The notes beneath the pieces are model-generated. The model searched no databases, was not told where the DNA came from, and saw nothing but the letters and a program-made list of their open reading frames with translations. The translations under genes were made by a program, and so were the position numbers. This document shows positions 1-15,407 of a DNA stretch of 64,000 nucleotides, piece by piece. The stretch lies in the NCBI RefSeq assembly GCF_988243305.1, contig NZ_OZ547136.1. One strand, given 5' to 3'. The stretch's first letter is position 1. Each line of letters begins with the position of its first letter.

Positions 1-73
1 TTGTGGTGCGTTGTGGGGCGGACAAGGCATTCGCGCCGCATCCGCCGACGGTCAATCGAATTATCAGAGGCCA

Positions 74-478
<405 letters not shown>

Positions 479-496
479 TCAGGAGCGCAAGTTGCT

Positions 497-787
497 TCAG
501 GCCGCGTGTGAGGCATCTTCCTCTTCGGATTCAGCACCGACGACCTGTGGGGACGGTAATTTGCCGGTTTTCAGAATGGTGCTCAGCACATCTTTTTGTT
601 CTGCCAGCCATAGCGAAAGGGCTTCACGTTGCTCGTCTTCCATTTGCACTGGAGAATTTGTCAGCCAGGTGTCAAGCAGATCCGCCGTATCAAGCATTTT
701 GTCATAAGCATCGGCTTCCTTTTTGCTGGTAAACGACATTTTCTCTTCGCCCTCACGAATGACTACGTATTTAACTTCAACCGCCAT
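497..787 (-). CDS. yebG: DNA damage-inducible protein YebG
   Basis: 96-aa ORF matching remembered YebG; LexA box immediately upstream. Confidence 0.9.
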   Translation of the reverse strand: MAVEVKYVVIREGEEKMSFTSKKEADAYDKMLDTADLLDTWLTNSPVQMEDEQREALSLWLAEQKDVLSTILKTGKLPSPQVVGAESEEEDASHAA

Positions 788-806
788 TTGCAGCCTCTCA
801 TAATAA

Positions 807-822
807 CTGTGATTTTATACAG
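807..822. promoter_or_regulatory. LexA (SOS) box upstream of yebG
   Basis: ctgtgattttatacag = CTGT-N8-ACAG palindrome about 20 bp upstream of the yebG start. Confidence 0.6.
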
Positions 823-920
823 TATATTTCTTTTCGGTTGGGAAATCAACATCAGCAATAAAGACACGCGCAAACGTTTTCGTTTATACTGCGCGCGGAA
901 TTAATCAGGGGATATTCGTT

Positions 921-2099
921 ATGACGTTATTAGGCACTGCGCTGCGTCCGGCAGCAACTCGCGTGATGTTATTAGGCTCCGGTGAACTGGGTAAAGAAGT
1001 GGCAATCGAGTGTCAGCGTCTCGGCGTAGAAGTGATTGCCGTTGATCGCTATGCCGACGCACCAGCCATGCATGTCGCGCATCGCTCCCATGTCATTAAT
1101 ATGCTTGATGGTGATGCATTACGCCGTGTGGTTGAACTGGAAAAACCACATTATATCGTGCCGGAGATCGAAGCTATTGCCACCGATATGCTGATCCAAC
1201 TTGAAGAGGAAGGACTGAATGTTGTCCCCTGCGCGCGCGCAACGAAATTAACGATGAATCGCGAGGGTATCCGTCGCCTGGCGGCAGAAGAGCTGCAGCT
1301 GCCCACTTCCACTTATCGTTTTGCCGATAACGAAAACCTTTTCCGCAAGGCGGTTGCTGACATCGGCTATCCCTGCATTGTTAAACCGGTGATGAGTTCC
1401 TCCGGCAAGGGGCAGACGTTTATTCGTTCTGCAGAGCAACTTGCTCATGCATGGGAGTACGCTCAGCAAGGCGGTCGCGCCGGAGCGGGCCGCGTAATTG
1501 TTGAAGGCGTCGTTAAGTTTGACTTCGAAATTACCCTGCTAACCGTCAGCGCGGTGGATGGCGTCCATTTCTGTGCACCAGTAGGTCATCGCCAGGAAGA
1601 TGGCGACTACCGTGAATCCTGGCAACCACAGCAAATGAGCCAGCTTGCCCTTGAACGTGCGCAAGAGATTGCCCGTAAAGTGGTGCTGGCACTGGGCGGT
1701 TATGGTCTGTTTGGTGTCGAGCTGTTTGTCTGTGGTGATGAGGTGATTTTCAGTGAGGTCTCCCCTCGTCCACATGATACCGGGATGGTGACGTTAATTT
1801 CTCAGGATCTCTCAGAGTTTGCCCTGCATGTGCGAGCCTTTCTCGGACTTCCGGTTGGCGGGATCCGTCAGTATGGTCCTGCAGCTTCTGCCGTTATCCT
1901 GCCACAACTGACCAGTGAGAATGTCACGTTTGATAATGTGCAGAATGCCGTAGGCGCAGGTTTGCAGATTCGTTTATTTGGTAAGCCGGAAATTGATGGC
2001 AGCCGTCGTCTGGGGGTGGCACTGGCTACTGCAGAGAGTGTTGATGAAGCGATTGATCGCGCAAAGCACGCCGCAGCACAGATAAAAGTACAAGCTTAA
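921..2099 (+). CDS. purT: Phosphoribosylglycinamide formyltransferase 2 (formate-dependent GAR transformylase)
   Basis: 392-aa ORF, ATP-grasp fold, matches remembered PurT. Confidence 0.95.
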   Translation: MTLLGTALRPAATRVMLLGSGELGKEVAIECQRLGVEVIAVDRYADAPAMHVAHRSHVINMLDGDALRRVVELEKPHYIVPEIEAIATDMLIQLEEEGLNVVPCARATKLTMNREGIRRLAAEELQLPTSTYRFADNENLFRKAVADIGYPCIVKPVMSSSGKGQTFIRSAEQLAHAWEYAQQGGRAGAGRVIVEGVVKFDFEITLLTVSAVDGVHFCAPVGHRQEDGDYRESWQPQQMSQLALERAQEIARKVVLALGGYGLFGVELFVCGDEVIFSEVSPRPHDTGMVTLISQDLSEFALHVRAFLGLPVGGIRQYGPAASAVILPQLTSENVTFDNVQNAVGAGLQIRLFGKPEIDGSRRLGVALATAESVDEAIDRAKHAAAQIKVQA

Positions 2100-2119
2100 C
2101 CCCGGCGAAAAACGCTACC

Positions 2120-2148
2120 AAAATGCCCGATCGAGGATCGGGCATTTT
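2120..2148. terminator. Bidirectional intrinsic terminator between purT and eda
   Basis: Perfect hairpin aaaatgcccgatc/gatcgggcatttt flanked by A and T runs, between convergent genes. Confidence 0.6.
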
Positions 2149-2153
2149 GACTT

Positions 2154-2795
2154 TTACAGCTTAGCGCCTTCTACAGCTTCACGCGCCAGCTTAGTAATGC
2201 GGTCGTAATCGCCCGCTTCCAGCGCATCTGCCGGAACCAGCCAGGAGCCACCGATGCACAGCACGCTTTTCAGCGCCAGGTAGTCACGGTAGTTAGCCGG
2301 AGAAATACCACCCGTCGGGCAGAAACGGACCTGGGAGAACGGACCCGCGATTGCCTGCAGGGCTTTCACGCCGCCGTTAGCTTCAGCCGGGAAGAATTTG
2401 AACTCTTTCAAACCGTAGTCCATACCCAGCATCAGTTCGGAAACAGTGCTGATCCCCGGAATCAGAGGAATAGTCCCTTCGGTAGCAGCCTTCAGCAGCG
2501 GCTCGGTCAGACCCGGGCTAATTGCGAACTGTGCACCCGCTTCGGTGACTTCTGCCAGCTGCTGTGGATTCAGCACCGTACCGGCACCCACAATCGCTTC
2601 AGGCACTTCTTTGGCGATAGCACGGATAGCGTCAACTGCACACTCGGTACGCAGAGTCACTTCCAGAACGCGCACCCCACCAGCAACCAACGCTTTTGCC
2701 ATCGGCACCGCGTGTTCCAGTTTTTTTACCACGATAACCGGTACAACCGGGCCGGTGGTCAGGATTGATTCTGCACTTGTTTTCCAGTTTTTCAT
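2154..2795 (-). CDS. eda: KDPG / KHG aldolase
   Basis: 213-aa ORF matching remembered Eda; Entner-Doudoroff operon context. Confidence 0.95.
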
Positions 2796-2831
2796 CAGAG
2801 TTTTCTCTCGCCTGATTACAAATTTGTCGTC

Positions 2832-4643
2832 TTAAAAAGTGATACAGGTTGCGCCCTGTTCGGCACCGGACAGTTTTTCACGCAAGGCGCTGAATAATTC
2901 ACGTCCTGTTCCCACGCGTGACGCGCTCAGGTCAGGAATGTGCGGTTCGCGAGCAGCCAGTTCCGCTTCGTCTACCAGCAGCGTCAGTTCGCCTGTCTGT
3001 CCATTCACACGAATGATGTCCCCGTCGCGCACTTTTGCCAGCAGCCCGCCATCGTAGGCTTCTGGTGTTACGTGGATAGCTGACGGCACTTTACCTGAAG
3101 CGCCGGAGAGTCGTCCATCGGTAACTAACGCAATTTTGAAACACCGGTCCAATAATACACCAAGTGGCGGCATGAGTTTATGTAATTCTGGCATTCCGTT
3201 CGCTTTTGGCCCCTGATGACGGACAACAATGACACAATCGCGGTCCAGCAAACCCGCTTCAAAGGCCGGCATAACGTCATGCTGGCTTTCAAAAACAACC
3301 GCAGGCGCTTCAATCACCTGGTTCTCTACCGGCACGGCAGAGGTTTTCATCACCGCTCGGCCCAGGTTACCGCTTAACACTTTTGTCCCACCATGATGAG
3401 AGAAAGGTTGTTCGAAGGAAGCGATCACATTGTTGTCGAGTGATTTTTCTGCCCCTTCCCGCCAGTCCAGTTCACCATTATTCAGCCATGGTTCAAGGGT
3501 ATAACGAGACAGACCAAAGCCTGCCACCGTATTGACATCTTCATGCAGCAGGCCTGCTTTGAGCAGTTCACGCACCAGAACCGGTACGCCACCTGCCGCC
3601 TGGAAGTGGTTAATATCGGCCGGACCGTTCGGGTAGAGACGTGCCATCAGCGGTACAACATCAGAAAGGTCAGAAAAGTCATCCCAGTTAATCTGAATAC
3701 CGGCCGCGCGTGCCATCGCCACCAGGTGCATGGTGTGGTTAGTGGAACCACCGGTCGCCAGCAGTGCAACGATACCGTTCACCACCACTTTCTCATCGAT
3801 CATCTTACCGATCGGCATCCATTCATTACCATTACCGGTCATGCGTGTAACCTGGCGCGCAGCGGCTGCGGTCAAAGCATCGCGCAGCGGAGAATCCGGA
3901 TGAACAAAAGAAGAGCCTGGCAACTGCATCCCCATAAACTCCACCACCATCTGGTTGGTGTTGGCAGTACCGTAGAAAGTACATGTTCCCGGCGCATGAT
4001 AAGACGCGGCTTCTGACTCCAGTAATGCCATGCGGTCCACTTTACCTTCGGCATAAAGCTGGCGAATACGCACTTTTTCTTTATTTGGCAAACCGCTTGC
4101 CATCGGTCCAGACGGCACAAACACCGCAGGCAAATGCCCAAACGACAGGGCTGCCATCGTCAGACCCGGGACAATCTTGTCGCACACACCGAGGAACAGA
4201 GCACCATCAAACATGTTATGGGACAGCCCCACCGCCGCAGACATCGCAATCACTTCGCGGCTTAACAGCGACAATTCCATTCCATCCTGCCCCTGGGTGA
4301 CACCATCACACATCGCCGGAACACCGCCTGCAACCTGACCAACCGCATTTGCTTCATGCAGGGCTTTACGAATGATTTCTGGATAGTGTTCATAAGGCTG
4401 GTGAGCGGAGAGCATGTCGTTATAGGAGGTGATGATGGCGATATTGTTACGCAACATGCTTTTCAATGAGGCTTTGTCTTCTGGCTGGCAGGCAGCGAAA
4501 CCGTGTGCCAGGTTACCGCATGCCAACTGCGAACGATGAACGGTCGAAGTTTTCGCTTGTTCTATCCGGGCGAGATAAGCAGAGCGAGTCTCGCGCGAAC
4601 GTTCAATGATTCGATTTGTTACGCGTAACAATTGTGGGTTCAT
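2832..4643 (-). CDS. edd: Phosphogluconate dehydratase
   Basis: 603-aa ILVD/EDD-family ORF upstream of eda. Confidence 0.95.
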   Translation of the reverse strand: MNPQLLRVTNRIIERSRETRSAYLARIEQAKTSTVHRSQLACGNLAHGFAACQPEDKASLKSMLRNNIAIITSYNDMLSAHQPYEHYPEIIRKALHEANAVGQVAGGVPAMCDGVTQGQDGMELSLLSREVIAMSAAVGLSHNMFDGALFLGVCDKIVPGLTMAALSFGHLPAVFVPSGPMASGLPNKEKVRIRQLYAEGKVDRMALLESEAASYHAPGTCTFYGTANTNQMVVEFMGMQLPGSSFVHPDSPLRDALTAAAARQVTRMTGNGNEWMPIGKMIDEKVVVNGIVALLATGGSTNHTMHLVAMARAAGIQINWDDFSDLSDVVPLMARLYPNGPADINHFQAAGGVPVLVRELLKAGLLHEDVNTVAGFGLSRYTLEPWLNNGELDWREGAEKSLDNNVIASFEQPFSHHGGTKVLSGNLGRAVMKTSAVPVENQVIEAPAVVFESQHDVMPAFEAGLLDRDCVIVVRHQGPKANGMPELHKLMPPLGVLLDRCFKIALVTDGRLSGASGKVPSAIHVTPEAYDGGLLAKVRDGDIIRVNGQTGELTLLVDEAELAAREPHIPDLSASRVGTGRELFSALREKLSGAEQGATCITF

Positions 4644-4763
4644 AAAGGCTCCTGAAATTGAGTTGTCAGAGCAGGATGATTCACAACGCGTTTCATTCAG
4701 AGGATTTATGACTGAAACGCCTGTAACCGGAGCTCATAGGGCAAAAACGTTTCAGTCAGTGTA

Positions 4764-4798
4764 ATAAAAAAAGCCTCGTGGGTGAATCCGCACGAGGC
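4764..4798 (-). terminator. Intrinsic terminator downstream of zwf
   Basis: Hairpin gcctcgtg...cacgaggc followed on the minus strand by a T run. Confidence 0.55.
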
Positions 4799-4877
4799 CT
4801 GAAAGTGTAAAAATTGTTCTACAATCTGTGCAAGATCATGTTACCGGTAAAATAACCATAAAGGATGAGCGCAGATA

Positions 4878-6353
4878 TTACTCAAACTCATTCCAGGAAC
4901 GACCATCACGGGTAATCATTGCCACCGAGGCAACGGGTCCCCAGGTTCCGGCCTGATACGGTTTCGGCGCATCATTGTCCATCGCCCACGCCTCAGTAAT
5001 GGAGTCTACCCATTTCCAGGCTTCTTCCACTTCATCACGACGAACAAACAGTGCCTGAATACCACGCATGGTTTCCAGCAGCAGACGTTCATAGGCATCC
5101 GCCAGATGCGTCTGATTAAAGGTTTCTGAATAGCTCAGGTCCAGCTTGGTGATTTGCAGGTTATGTTTGTGGTCAAGGCCAGGAACTTTATTCAGTACCT
5201 GGATATCCACGCCTTCATCAGGTTGCAGACGGATAGTCAGTTTATTTTGCGGTAGATCCTGCCACGACTCTTTAAACAGATTCAGTTCAGGTGTTTTGAA
5301 ATAGACCACGACTTCAGAGCATTTGGTCGGCAGACGTTTACCAGTACGCAGGTAGAATGGCACACCGGCCCAGCGCCAGTTATCAATGTCGACGCGGATC
5401 GCCACGAAGGTTTCTGTATTGCTGCTCTTGTTCGCGCCCTCTTCTTCCAGATATCCCGGCACTTTTTTGCCCTGGGCGAAGCCCGCAGTATATTGCCCGC
5501 GTACGGTTTTTTCGCGTACGTTGGAGCGGTCAATACGGCGCAGAGACTTCAGTACTTTCACTTTTTCATCGCGGATGCTGTCTGCACTCAGGTCAGACGG
5601 CGGAGACATCGCAATCATGCAAAGAATTTGCAGCAGGTGGTTCTGGATCATGTCGCGCATCTGACCGGCTTTATCAAAATAGCCCCAGCGCCCTTCGATC
5701 CCCACTTCTTCTGCCACGGTAATCTCAACATGATCGATGGTGCGATTGTCCCAGTTATTCACAAACAGGGAGTTAGCAAAACGCAGCGCCAACAGGTTCA
5801 GCACCGTTTCTTTACCAAGATAGTGGTCGATACGGTAAACCTGGCACTCCTCGAAGTATTCGCCAACCTGATCATTGATTTCCTGCGAGGTCGCCAGCGA
5901 CGTCCCCAGCGGTTTCTCCATGACTACGCGTGCCGGTTTAGCATTCAGTTTTGCCTCACCAAGCCCTTTGCAAATTGCGCCAAAAGTGCTGGGCGGCATA
6001 GCAAAGTAGTTAATGGTGATACGATTTTTTTGATCCAGCATCGCGCCGAGACGGCTGAATGCAGCAGTGTCATTGACATCGAGATTACAAAAATCCAGAC
6101 GTGCACTCAGGGTGTCCCATAAACCTTCATCAATGGTTTCTTTCATGAAAGTTTCGAGCGCCTCGCGGACAACTTTGGTATAAGCCGCTTTATCCCAGTC
6201 AGCACGCCCTACGCCGATAATCCGGGTGTCCGGGTTGAGCTGACCGGCTTTTTCCAGTTGATACAGGGAAGGCAGCAATTTACGACGCGCAAGGTCGCCT
6301 TTCGCGCCGAAAATGACCAGGTCACAGGCCTGGGCTGTTTGCGTTACCGCCAT
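4878..6353 (-). CDS. zwf: Glucose-6-phosphate 1-dehydrogenase
   Basis: 491-aa ORF with G6PD motifs (RIDHYLGKE). Confidence 0.95.
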   Translation of the reverse strand: MAVTQTAQACDLVIFGAKGDLARRKLLPSLYQLEKAGQLNPDTRIIGVGRADWDKAAYTKVVREALETFMKETIDEGLWDTLSARLDFCNLDVNDTAAFSRLGAMLDQKNRITINYFAMPPSTFGAICKGLGEAKLNAKPARVVMEKPLGTSLATSQEINDQVGEYFEECQVYRIDHYLGKETVLNLLALRFANSLFVNNWDNRTIDHVEITVAEEVGIEGRWGYFDKAGQMRDMIQNHLLQILCMIAMSPPSDLSADSIRDEKVKVLKSLRRIDRSNVREKTVRGQYTAGFAQGKKVPGYLEEEGANKSSNTETFVAIRVDIDNWRWAGVPFYLRTGKRLPTKCSEVVVYFKTPELNLFKESWQDLPQNKLTIRLQPDEGVDIQVLNKVPGLDHKHNLQITKLDLSYSETFNQTHLADAYERLLLETMRGIQALFVRRDEVEEAWKWVDSITEAWAMDNDAPKPYQAGTWGPVASVAMITRDGRSWNEFE

Positions 6354-6690
6354 GTCATTCTCCTTAAGTTAACTATCCCGGTACTTAAGCCAGGGTATAC
6401 TTGTAATTTTCTTACGGTGCACTGTACTGCTTTTACGAGCTTGCGAAAACTGTAAACGCTTATCCACCCGTGCGATTACGGTAAAAGCGCGCAAAGTGCG
6501 GCAAAACTGATAAAAAAATCATCGTTTTCCATTGGGTAAAAATCTGACACTGATCATGTTATGAAAAAAAATAACAACTTTTTTATCTGCTTTTGTCATT
6601 AACACAGCACACAGGCGTAATATCTGACAAAACTGCATTTCGATTTCTTTCAGTGCGGAAATCGTCATTACCCGTGAGTCTCTTTACATC

Positions 6691-7560
6691 ATGAATATGC
6701 TGGAAAAAATCCAGTCTCAGCTGGAACATTTGAGCAAATCAGAGCGCAAAGTTGCCGAGGTCATTCTGGCTTCGCCCGATAACGCGATCCATTCGAGTAT
6801 TGCTGCTCTGGCGCTGGAAGCCAATGTTAGCGAACCGACGGTGAATCGTTTCTGTCGCAGCATGGACACGCGCGGTTTTCCTGATTTTAAACTTCATCTG
6901 GCACAAAGTCTGGCGAATGGCACTCCCTATGTTAATCGCAACGTCAATGAAGATGACAGCGTTGAATCATACACGGGGAAAATATTTGAGTCCGCAATGG
7001 CAACGCTCGATCATGTCCGTCATTCACTGGATAAATCTGCCATCAACCGCGCCGTCGACTTGCTCACTCAGGCAAAAAAAATCGCCTTTTTCGGATTAGG
7101 CTCTTCAGCCGCCGTTGCCCACGATGCGATGAATAAGTTCTTTCGTTTTAATGTTCCGGTGGTGTACTCCGATGATATTGTGCTGCAACGCATGAGTTGT
7201 ATGAATTGTAGCGACGGAGACGTGGTGGTGCTGATATCTCACACTGGAAGAACAAAAAATCTGGTCGAGCTGGCGCAGCTGGCACGCGAAAACGACGCCA
7301 TGGTGATTGCCCTCACCTCTGCGGGTACCCCGCTCGCCCGGGAAGCAACGCTGGCAATTACCCTCGACGTACCGGAAGATACTGACATTTATATGCCCAT
7401 GGTTTCTCGACTTGCGCAGCTGACCGTGATAGATGTGCTGGCAACAGGATTTACTTTGCGACGCGGTGCAAAATTCAGAGATAACTTGAAGCGGGTCAAG
7501 GAAGCGCTGAAGGAATCGCGTTTTGATAAGCAGTTACTTAATTTAAGTGACGATCGCTAA
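6691..7560 (+). CDS. hexR: RpiR/HexR-family transcriptional regulator (HTH + SIS domain)
   Basis: 289-aa ORF, divergent from zwf, matches remembered YebK/HexR. Confidence 0.9.
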
Positions 7561-7687
7561 AAACGACTGTCACTGTCCTAATCTTATACGACATCCGAAT
7601 GAGATTAATTTATCGCCATCGCGGCGTTATTTCATTCGGATTTCATGTTCAAGCAACACCTGGTTGTTTCAGTCAACGGAGTATTAC

Positions 7688-9130
7688 ATGTCCAGAAGGC
7701 TTCGCAGAACTAAAATCGTTACCACGTTAGGCCCAGCAACAGATCGCGATAATAACCTTGAAAAAGTTATCGCGGCGGGTGCCAACGTTGTACGTATGAA
7801 CTTTTCTCACGGCTCGCCTGAAGATCACAAAATGCGCGCGGATAAAGTTCGTGAGATTGCCGCAAAACTGGGGCGTCATGTGGCTATTCTGGGTGACCTC
7901 CAGGGGCCCAAAATCCGTGTATCCACCTTTAAAGAAGGCAAAGTTTTCCTCAACATTGGTGATAAATTCCTGCTCGACGCCAACCTGGGTAAAGGTGAAG
8001 GCGACAAAGAAAAAGTCGGTATCGACTACAAAGGCCTGCCTGCTGACGTCGTGCCTGGTGACATCCTGCTGCTGGACGATGGTCGCGTTCAGTTAAAAGT
8101 ACTGGAAGTTCAGGGCATGAAAGTGTTCACCGAAGTGACCGTCGGTGGTCCCCTCTCCAACAATAAAGGTATCAACAAACTTGGCGGCGGTTTGTCGGCT
8201 GAAGCGCTGACCGAAAAAGACAAAGCAGACATTAAGACTGCAGCGTTAATTGGCGTAGATTACCTGGCTGTCTCCTTCCCACGCTGCGGCGAAGATCTGA
8301 ACTATGCCCGTCGCCTGGCACGCGATGCAGGATGTGATGCGAAAATTGTTGCCAAGGTTGAACGTGCGGAAGCCGTTTGCAGCCAGGATGCAATGGATGA
8401 CATCATCCTCGCCTCTGACGTGGTAATGGTTGCTCGCGGCGACCTCGGTGTGGAAATTGGCGATCCGGAACTGGTCGGCATTCAGAAAGCGTTGATCCGT
8501 CGTGCACGTCAGCTAAACCGCGCGGTAATCACTGCGACCCAGATGATGGAGTCAATGATTACTAACCCGATGCCGACGCGTGCAGAAGTCATGGACGTAG
8601 CAAACGCCGTTCTGGATGGTACTGACGCTGTGATGCTGTCTGCAGAAACTGCTGCTGGTCAGTATCCTTCAGAAACTGTTGCAGCCATGGCGCGCGTTTG
8701 CCTGGGTGCGGAAAAAATCCCGAGCATCAACGTTTCTAAACACCGTCTGGACGTTCAGTTCGACAATGTGGAAGAAGCTATTGCCATGTCAGCAATGTAC
8801 GCAGCTAACCACCTGAAAGGCGTTACGGCGATCATTACCATGACCGAATCGGGTCGTACCGCGCTGATGACCTCCCGTATCAGCTCTGGTCTGCCGATTT
8901 TCGCCATGTCACGCCATGAACGTACGCTGAACCTGACTGCTCTCTATCGCGGCGTTACGCCGGTGCACTTCGATAGCGCTAATGACGGCGTAGCAGCTGC
9001 CAGCGAAGCGGTTAATCTGCTGCGCGATAAAGGTTACTTGATGTCTGGTGACCTGGTGATTGTCACCCAGGGCGACGTGATGAGTACCGTGGGTTCTACT
9101 AATACCACGCGTATTTTAACGGTAGAGTAA
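7688..9130 (+). CDS. pykA: Pyruvate kinase II
   Basis: ORF 7547..9130 trimmed to the [17 protein letters not shown] start; pyruvate kinase motifs. Confidence 0.95.
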
Positions 9131-9137
9131 GTACGTT

Positions 9138-9172
9138 GCCGGATGCGGCGAAAACGCCTCATCCGGCCTACA
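9138..9172. repeat. REP element
   Basis: gccggatgcggcg...cctcatccggc palindromic unit after pykA. Confidence 0.5.
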
Positions 9173-9261
9173 GTTCAATGATAGTTCAACAGATTTCGAA
9201 TCTTCTGAAGCAAACTTGAACTTATCACAAGGCGGAAGCCTCTCCTCGCGAGAGGCTTTTT

Positions 9262-10233
9262 TTATTTGATGGGATAAAGATCTTTGCGCTTATACGGTTG
9301 GATTTCGCCCGGTTTGCGAGTTTTCAGCAATTTTAATATCCAGGTGTATTGTTCTGGTCGCGGACCAACAAAAATCTCGACTTCTTCATTCATCCGCCGC
9401 GCAATTGTATGATCATCCGCCTCTAACAGATCATCCATCGGTGGGCGCACCTGAATCGTCAGACGATGCGTCTTGCCATCATAAATCGGAAACAGCGGTA
9501 CAACGCGCGCACGACACACTTTCATCAAACGACCAATCGCGGGCAACGTCGCTTTATAGGTGGCAAAGAAATCAACAAATTCGCTGTGCTCTGGGCCATG
9601 ATCCTGATCGGGTAAATAATATCCCCAGTAGCCCTGACGTACCGACTGGATGAATGGTTTAATACCATCATTTCTCGCATGCAGACGACCGCCAAAACGA
9701 CGACGCACCGTGTTCCAGACATAATCAAAAACCGGGTTGCCCTGATTATGGAACATCGCTGCCATTTTCTGCCCTTGCGAGGCCATCAGCATGGCCGGGA
9801 TATCGACGGCCCAACCGTGCGGCACCAGAAAAATCACTTTCTCGTTATTACGCCGCATCTCTTCGATGATCTCCAGCCCTTGCCAGTCAACGCGCGGCTG
9901 AATTTTCTCCGGCCCGCGTATTGCCAACTCAGCCATCATTGCCATCGCTTGCGGCGCGGTGGCAAACATCTCATCAACAATCGCTTCGCGTTCAGCTTCA
10001 CTACGTTCTGGAAAGCAGAGCGATAAATTGATTAACGCACGACGGCGTGAGCTTTTTCCCAGGCGTCCGGCAAAACGTCCCAGCCGTGCCAGAATGGGGT
10101 CGCGAAACTTTGGCGGCGTTAAAGCAATACCCGCCATCGCTGCTACGCCCAGCCATGCTCCCCAGTAGCGCGGGTGGCGAAAGGATTTATCAAACTCAGG
10201 AATGTATTCGCTATTATTTTTTTTCGTTTCCAT
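9262..10233 (-). CDS. lpxM: Lipid A biosynthesis myristoyltransferase
   Basis: 323-aa ORF of the HtrB/MsbB acyltransferase family. Confidence 0.9.
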
Positions 10234-10352
10234 GCTTTTCCAGTTTCGGATAAGGCAAAAATCAATCTGGTGATAGTGTAGCGGCGCAACTTGCCCCGCA
10301 CCAAATAAAAAAAGCCGGTACTGACTGCGTACCGGCTGCGAATGGATGTTAA

Positions 10353-11675
10353 TTAATCAAACCGTAGCTGCGGCACAATCTCTTTGGCCTGCGCCAGGAA
10401 TTCGCGACGATCGGAGCCGGTCAGCCCTTCGGTACGCGGCAGTTTTGCCGTCAGCGGGTTTACGGCCTGCTGGTTTATCCATACTTCATAGTGCAGATGC
10501 GGCCCGGTTGAACGTCCGGTATTACCGGAAAGCGCGATACGGTCGCCACGTTTCACCTTCTGTCCCGGTTTCACCAGAATCTTGCGCAAGTGCATATAAC
10601 GCGTGGTGTAGCTGCGACCATGACGAATAGCCACATAATAACCTGCTGCGCCACTGCGTTTGGCAACCACCACTTCACCGTCACCCACTGAAAGCACCGG
10701 CGTACCCTGTGGCATGGCGAAATCAACACCTCTGTGTGGCGCAACACGACCAGTCACCGGATTAGTACGACGCGGGTTAAAGTTAGACGAGATACGGAAC
10801 TGTTTCGCCGTCGGGAATCGCAAGAATCCTTTCGCCAGACCAGTACCGTTACGATCGTAGAATTTGCCATCTTCAGCGCGGATTGCGTAATAATCTTTAC
10901 CTTCTGAACGCAAACGTACGCCCAGCAGTTGGCTTTGCTCACGTTTACCATCAAGCATTTCTCGTGACATTAACACCGCAAATTCATCGCCTTTTTTCAG
11001 TTTGCGGAAATCCATTTGCCACTGCATGGCTTTAATCACTGCGCTCACTTCGGCGCTGGTTAAACCGGCGTTTCTGGCGCTGGCAACAAAGCTTCCCCCG
11101 ACGGTACCTTTCAGCAGATTGTTGACCCACTCTCCTTGCTGCATTTCGCTGGTCATTTTAAAACCGTTAGCGGCAGTACGGTCATAGGTTCGGGTTTCAC
11201 GACGAGACACTTCCCAGGTGAGGCGCTGCAGTTCGCCGTCCGCGGTTAATGTCCAGGAGAGTTGTTGACCGATTTTCAGGTTACGCAATTCTTTGTCGGC
11301 AGCAGCCAATTGGGTGATATCACCCATATCAATACCATACTGATTGAGAATGCTGCTTAGCGTATCGCCAGTGGAAACAACATATTCATGCACGCCCGCT
11401 TCACCGGCGATTTTGTCATCCAGTTCATCCTGGGGAATGGCTTCATCTTCTTGTGCAGCTTGATCAATCGGCTCACTGGCTTCAGGTAAGAGCGAACGAA
11501 TTTCGTTCTGTTCCAGCTCAATGGTTTTGACAATTGGCGTGGCATCGCGGTGATAAACATAGGGCCGCCAGACAGCGACGGCCAGAGTAAGAACGGTGAG
11601 CGACCCCAACATAACGCGGTGTGGTCGCGGTAAATTATTAAACGCCAGGGCGACAGAGCGGGCTATCTGTTGCAC
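10353..11675 (-). CDS. mepM: Murein DD-endopeptidase MepM (LysM + M23 peptidase)
   Basis: 440-aa ORF with M23 motif (HLHYEV); matches remembered YebA. Confidence 0.9.
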
Positions 11676-11690
11676 GTAATCACTTCCTCA

Positions 11691-12623
11691 TTAATCTCCT
11701 TTCAGGCAGCTCGCATACTGGTTGGCTAATTGATTCAGGAATTCTGAATAGCTTGTTTTACCCAGTTTGATATTCGTCCCCAGGGGATCCAACGTTCCCA
11801 TACGAACGGATGTCCCTCGTGCGACGCTCTCAACGACCGCTGGCCTGAACTGTGGCTCAGCAAAAACGCAGGTTGCTTTTTGCTCAACCAACTGTGTTCT
11901 TATTTCATGTAAACGCTGCGCGCCAGGTTGAATCTCAGGGTTAACGGTAAAATGACCAAGCGGTGTCAGTCCGAACTGTTTTTCGAAATAGCCGTAAGCA
12001 TCGTGAAAAACGAAATAACCTTTCCCCTTGAGCGGCGCGAGCTCGTTACCAACCTGCTTTTCGGTTGAGGCTAATTGTGCCTCAAAATCCTTCAGGTTGG
12101 CGTCAAGTTTGGCTCGACTTTGCGGCATAAGTTCCACTAATTTTCCATGGATTGCAACCGCTGTAGCCCGCGCTATCTCTGGGGAAAGCCAAAGATGCAT
12201 GTTGAAATCGCCGTGATGGTGATCTTCGTCACTTTTTTCCGCGTGGTCGTGATCATCATCATCGCCGTGAATACTTTTCATCAGCAGCGGTTTCACATTC
12301 TCTAGCTGCGCAATCGTTACCTGTTTCGCTTCAGGTAATTTACTTACCGGTTTTTGCATGAACGCTTCCATCTCCGGGCCAACCCAAACGACTAAGTCCG
12401 CGTTCTGTAAGCGTTTTACATCTGATGGACGCAGTGAATAATCATGTTCTGAAGCGCCGTCAGGTAGTAAAACCTCCGTTTCTGTTACCCCATCAGCAAT
12501 GGCAGAAGCGATGAACCCAACGGGTTTAAGCGAAGCGACAACGGCAGCATCTGCGGCCTGTGTTGCACCGCCCCAGAGAGCGGCGGATAATGCTGCGAAA
12601 AGAAGCGTTTTTTTATGTAACAT
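11691..12623 (-). CDS. znuA: Zinc ABC transporter periplasmic binding protein
   Basis: ORF 11691..12749 trimmed to the [15 protein letters not shown] signal-peptide start; His/Asp-rich loop. Confidence 0.9.
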
Positions 12624-12651
12624 AATGCGACCAATCATCGTAATGAATATG

Positions 12652-12674
12652 AGAAGTGTGATATTATAACATTT
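12652..12674. promoter_or_regulatory. Zur box in the znuA-znuC divergent promoter region
   Basis: Near-palindrome gaagtgtgatattataacatttc between the two divergent starts. Confidence 0.5.
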
Positions 12675-12701
12675 CATGACTACTGCAAGACTAAAATTAA
12701 C

Positions 12702-13457
12702 ATGACAAGTCTGGTTTCCCTGGAAAATGTCTCGGTTTCTTTTGGCCAACGCCGCGTCCTCTCTGATGTGTCGCTGGAACTTAAACCTGGAAAAATTTTG
12801 ACTTTACTTGGGCCAAATGGCGCAGGTAAGTCGACACTGGTACGGGTAGTGCTCGGGCTGGTAACACCCGATGAAGGGGTTATCAAGCGCAACGGAAAAC
12901 TGCGCATCGGCTATGTACCGCAGAAGCTGTATCTCGACACCACGTTGCCACTGACCGTAAACCGTTTTTTACGCTTACGCCCTGGCACACATAAAGAAGA
13001 TATTTTGCCTGCACTGAAACGTGTCCAGGCCGGGCATCTGATTAACGCACCGATGCAAAAGCTCTCGGGTGGCGAAACACAGCGTGTATTGTTAGCGCGA
13101 GCATTGTTAAATCGACCGCAATTATTAGTGCTGGATGAACCCACTCAGGGCGTGGATGTGAATGGTCAGGTGGCGTTATATGACCTTATTGACCAGTTGC
13201 GTCGCGAACTGGATTGTGGCGTTTTAATGGTCTCTCACGATCTGCATCTGGTAATGGCAAAAACCGATGAAGTGCTTTGCCTGAATCACCACATTTGTTG
13301 TTCCGGTACACCGGAAGTTGTTTCCCTGCATCCGGAGTTTATTTCTATGTTTGGTCCTCGTGGTGCTGAACAACTGGGTATCTATCGCCATCATCATAAT
13401 CATCGTCACGATTTACAGGGACGAATTGTTTTGCGTCGGGGAAATGATCGCTCATGA
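12702..13457 (+). CDS. znuC: Zinc ABC transporter ATP-binding protein
   Basis: 251-aa ORF with Walker A (GPNGAGKST) and ABC signature (LSGGE). Confidence 0.95.
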
Positions 13458-14239
13458 TTGAATTATTATTTCCCGGTTGGTTAGCCGGGATCATGCTCGC
13501 CTGTGCCGCGGGTCCGCTGGGTTCGTTTGTGGTCTGGCGTCGTATGTCTTATTTCGGTGATACGCTGGCCCATGCCTCATTACTTGGTGTCGCGTTTGGT
13601 TTGTTGCTGGACGTGAATCCATTCTATGCGGTGATTGCAGTTACGCTGCTGCTGGCGGGCGGTCTGGTATGGCTGGAGAAGCGTCCACAGCTGGCGATCG
13701 ACACGTTATTAGGGATTATGGCGCACAGTGCCCTGTCGCTGGGCCTGGTGGTCGTTAGTCTGATGTCTAATATTCGTGTTGATTTGATGGCTTACCTGTT
13801 CGGTGATTTGCTGGCAGTGACGCCAGAAGATCTCATCTCTATTGCAATTGGCGTGGTCATCGTGGTGGCGATTTTGTTCTGGCAATGGCGCAATTTGCTG
13901 TCGATGACGATTAGCCCGGATCTGGCGTTTGTTGATGGTGTGAAATTACAGCGCGTGAAATTGTTGTTGATGCTGGTGACGGCATTGACGATTGGTGTAG
14001 CGATGAAATTTGTCGGCGCGTTGATTATTACTTCGCTGCTGATTATTCCTGCAGCTACAGCGCGTCGCTTTGCCCGCACGCCGGAACAGATGGCCGGTGT
14101 CGCTGTTTTGGTGGGAATGGTGGCAGTAACTGGCGGTTTAACCTTTTCCGCATTTTACGATACGCCGGCGGGTCCGTCGGTAGTGCTATGTGCGGCACTG
14201 TTATTTATTATCAGTATGATGAAAAAGCAGGCCAGTTAA
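13454..14239 (+). CDS. znuB: Zinc ABC transporter permease
   Basis: 261-aa polytopic membrane ORF overlapping the znuC stop. Confidence 0.95.
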
Positions 14240-14257
14240 TCTATCGCTGAACACATT

Positions 14258-15402
<1,145 letters not shown>

Positions 15403-15407
15403 TTACC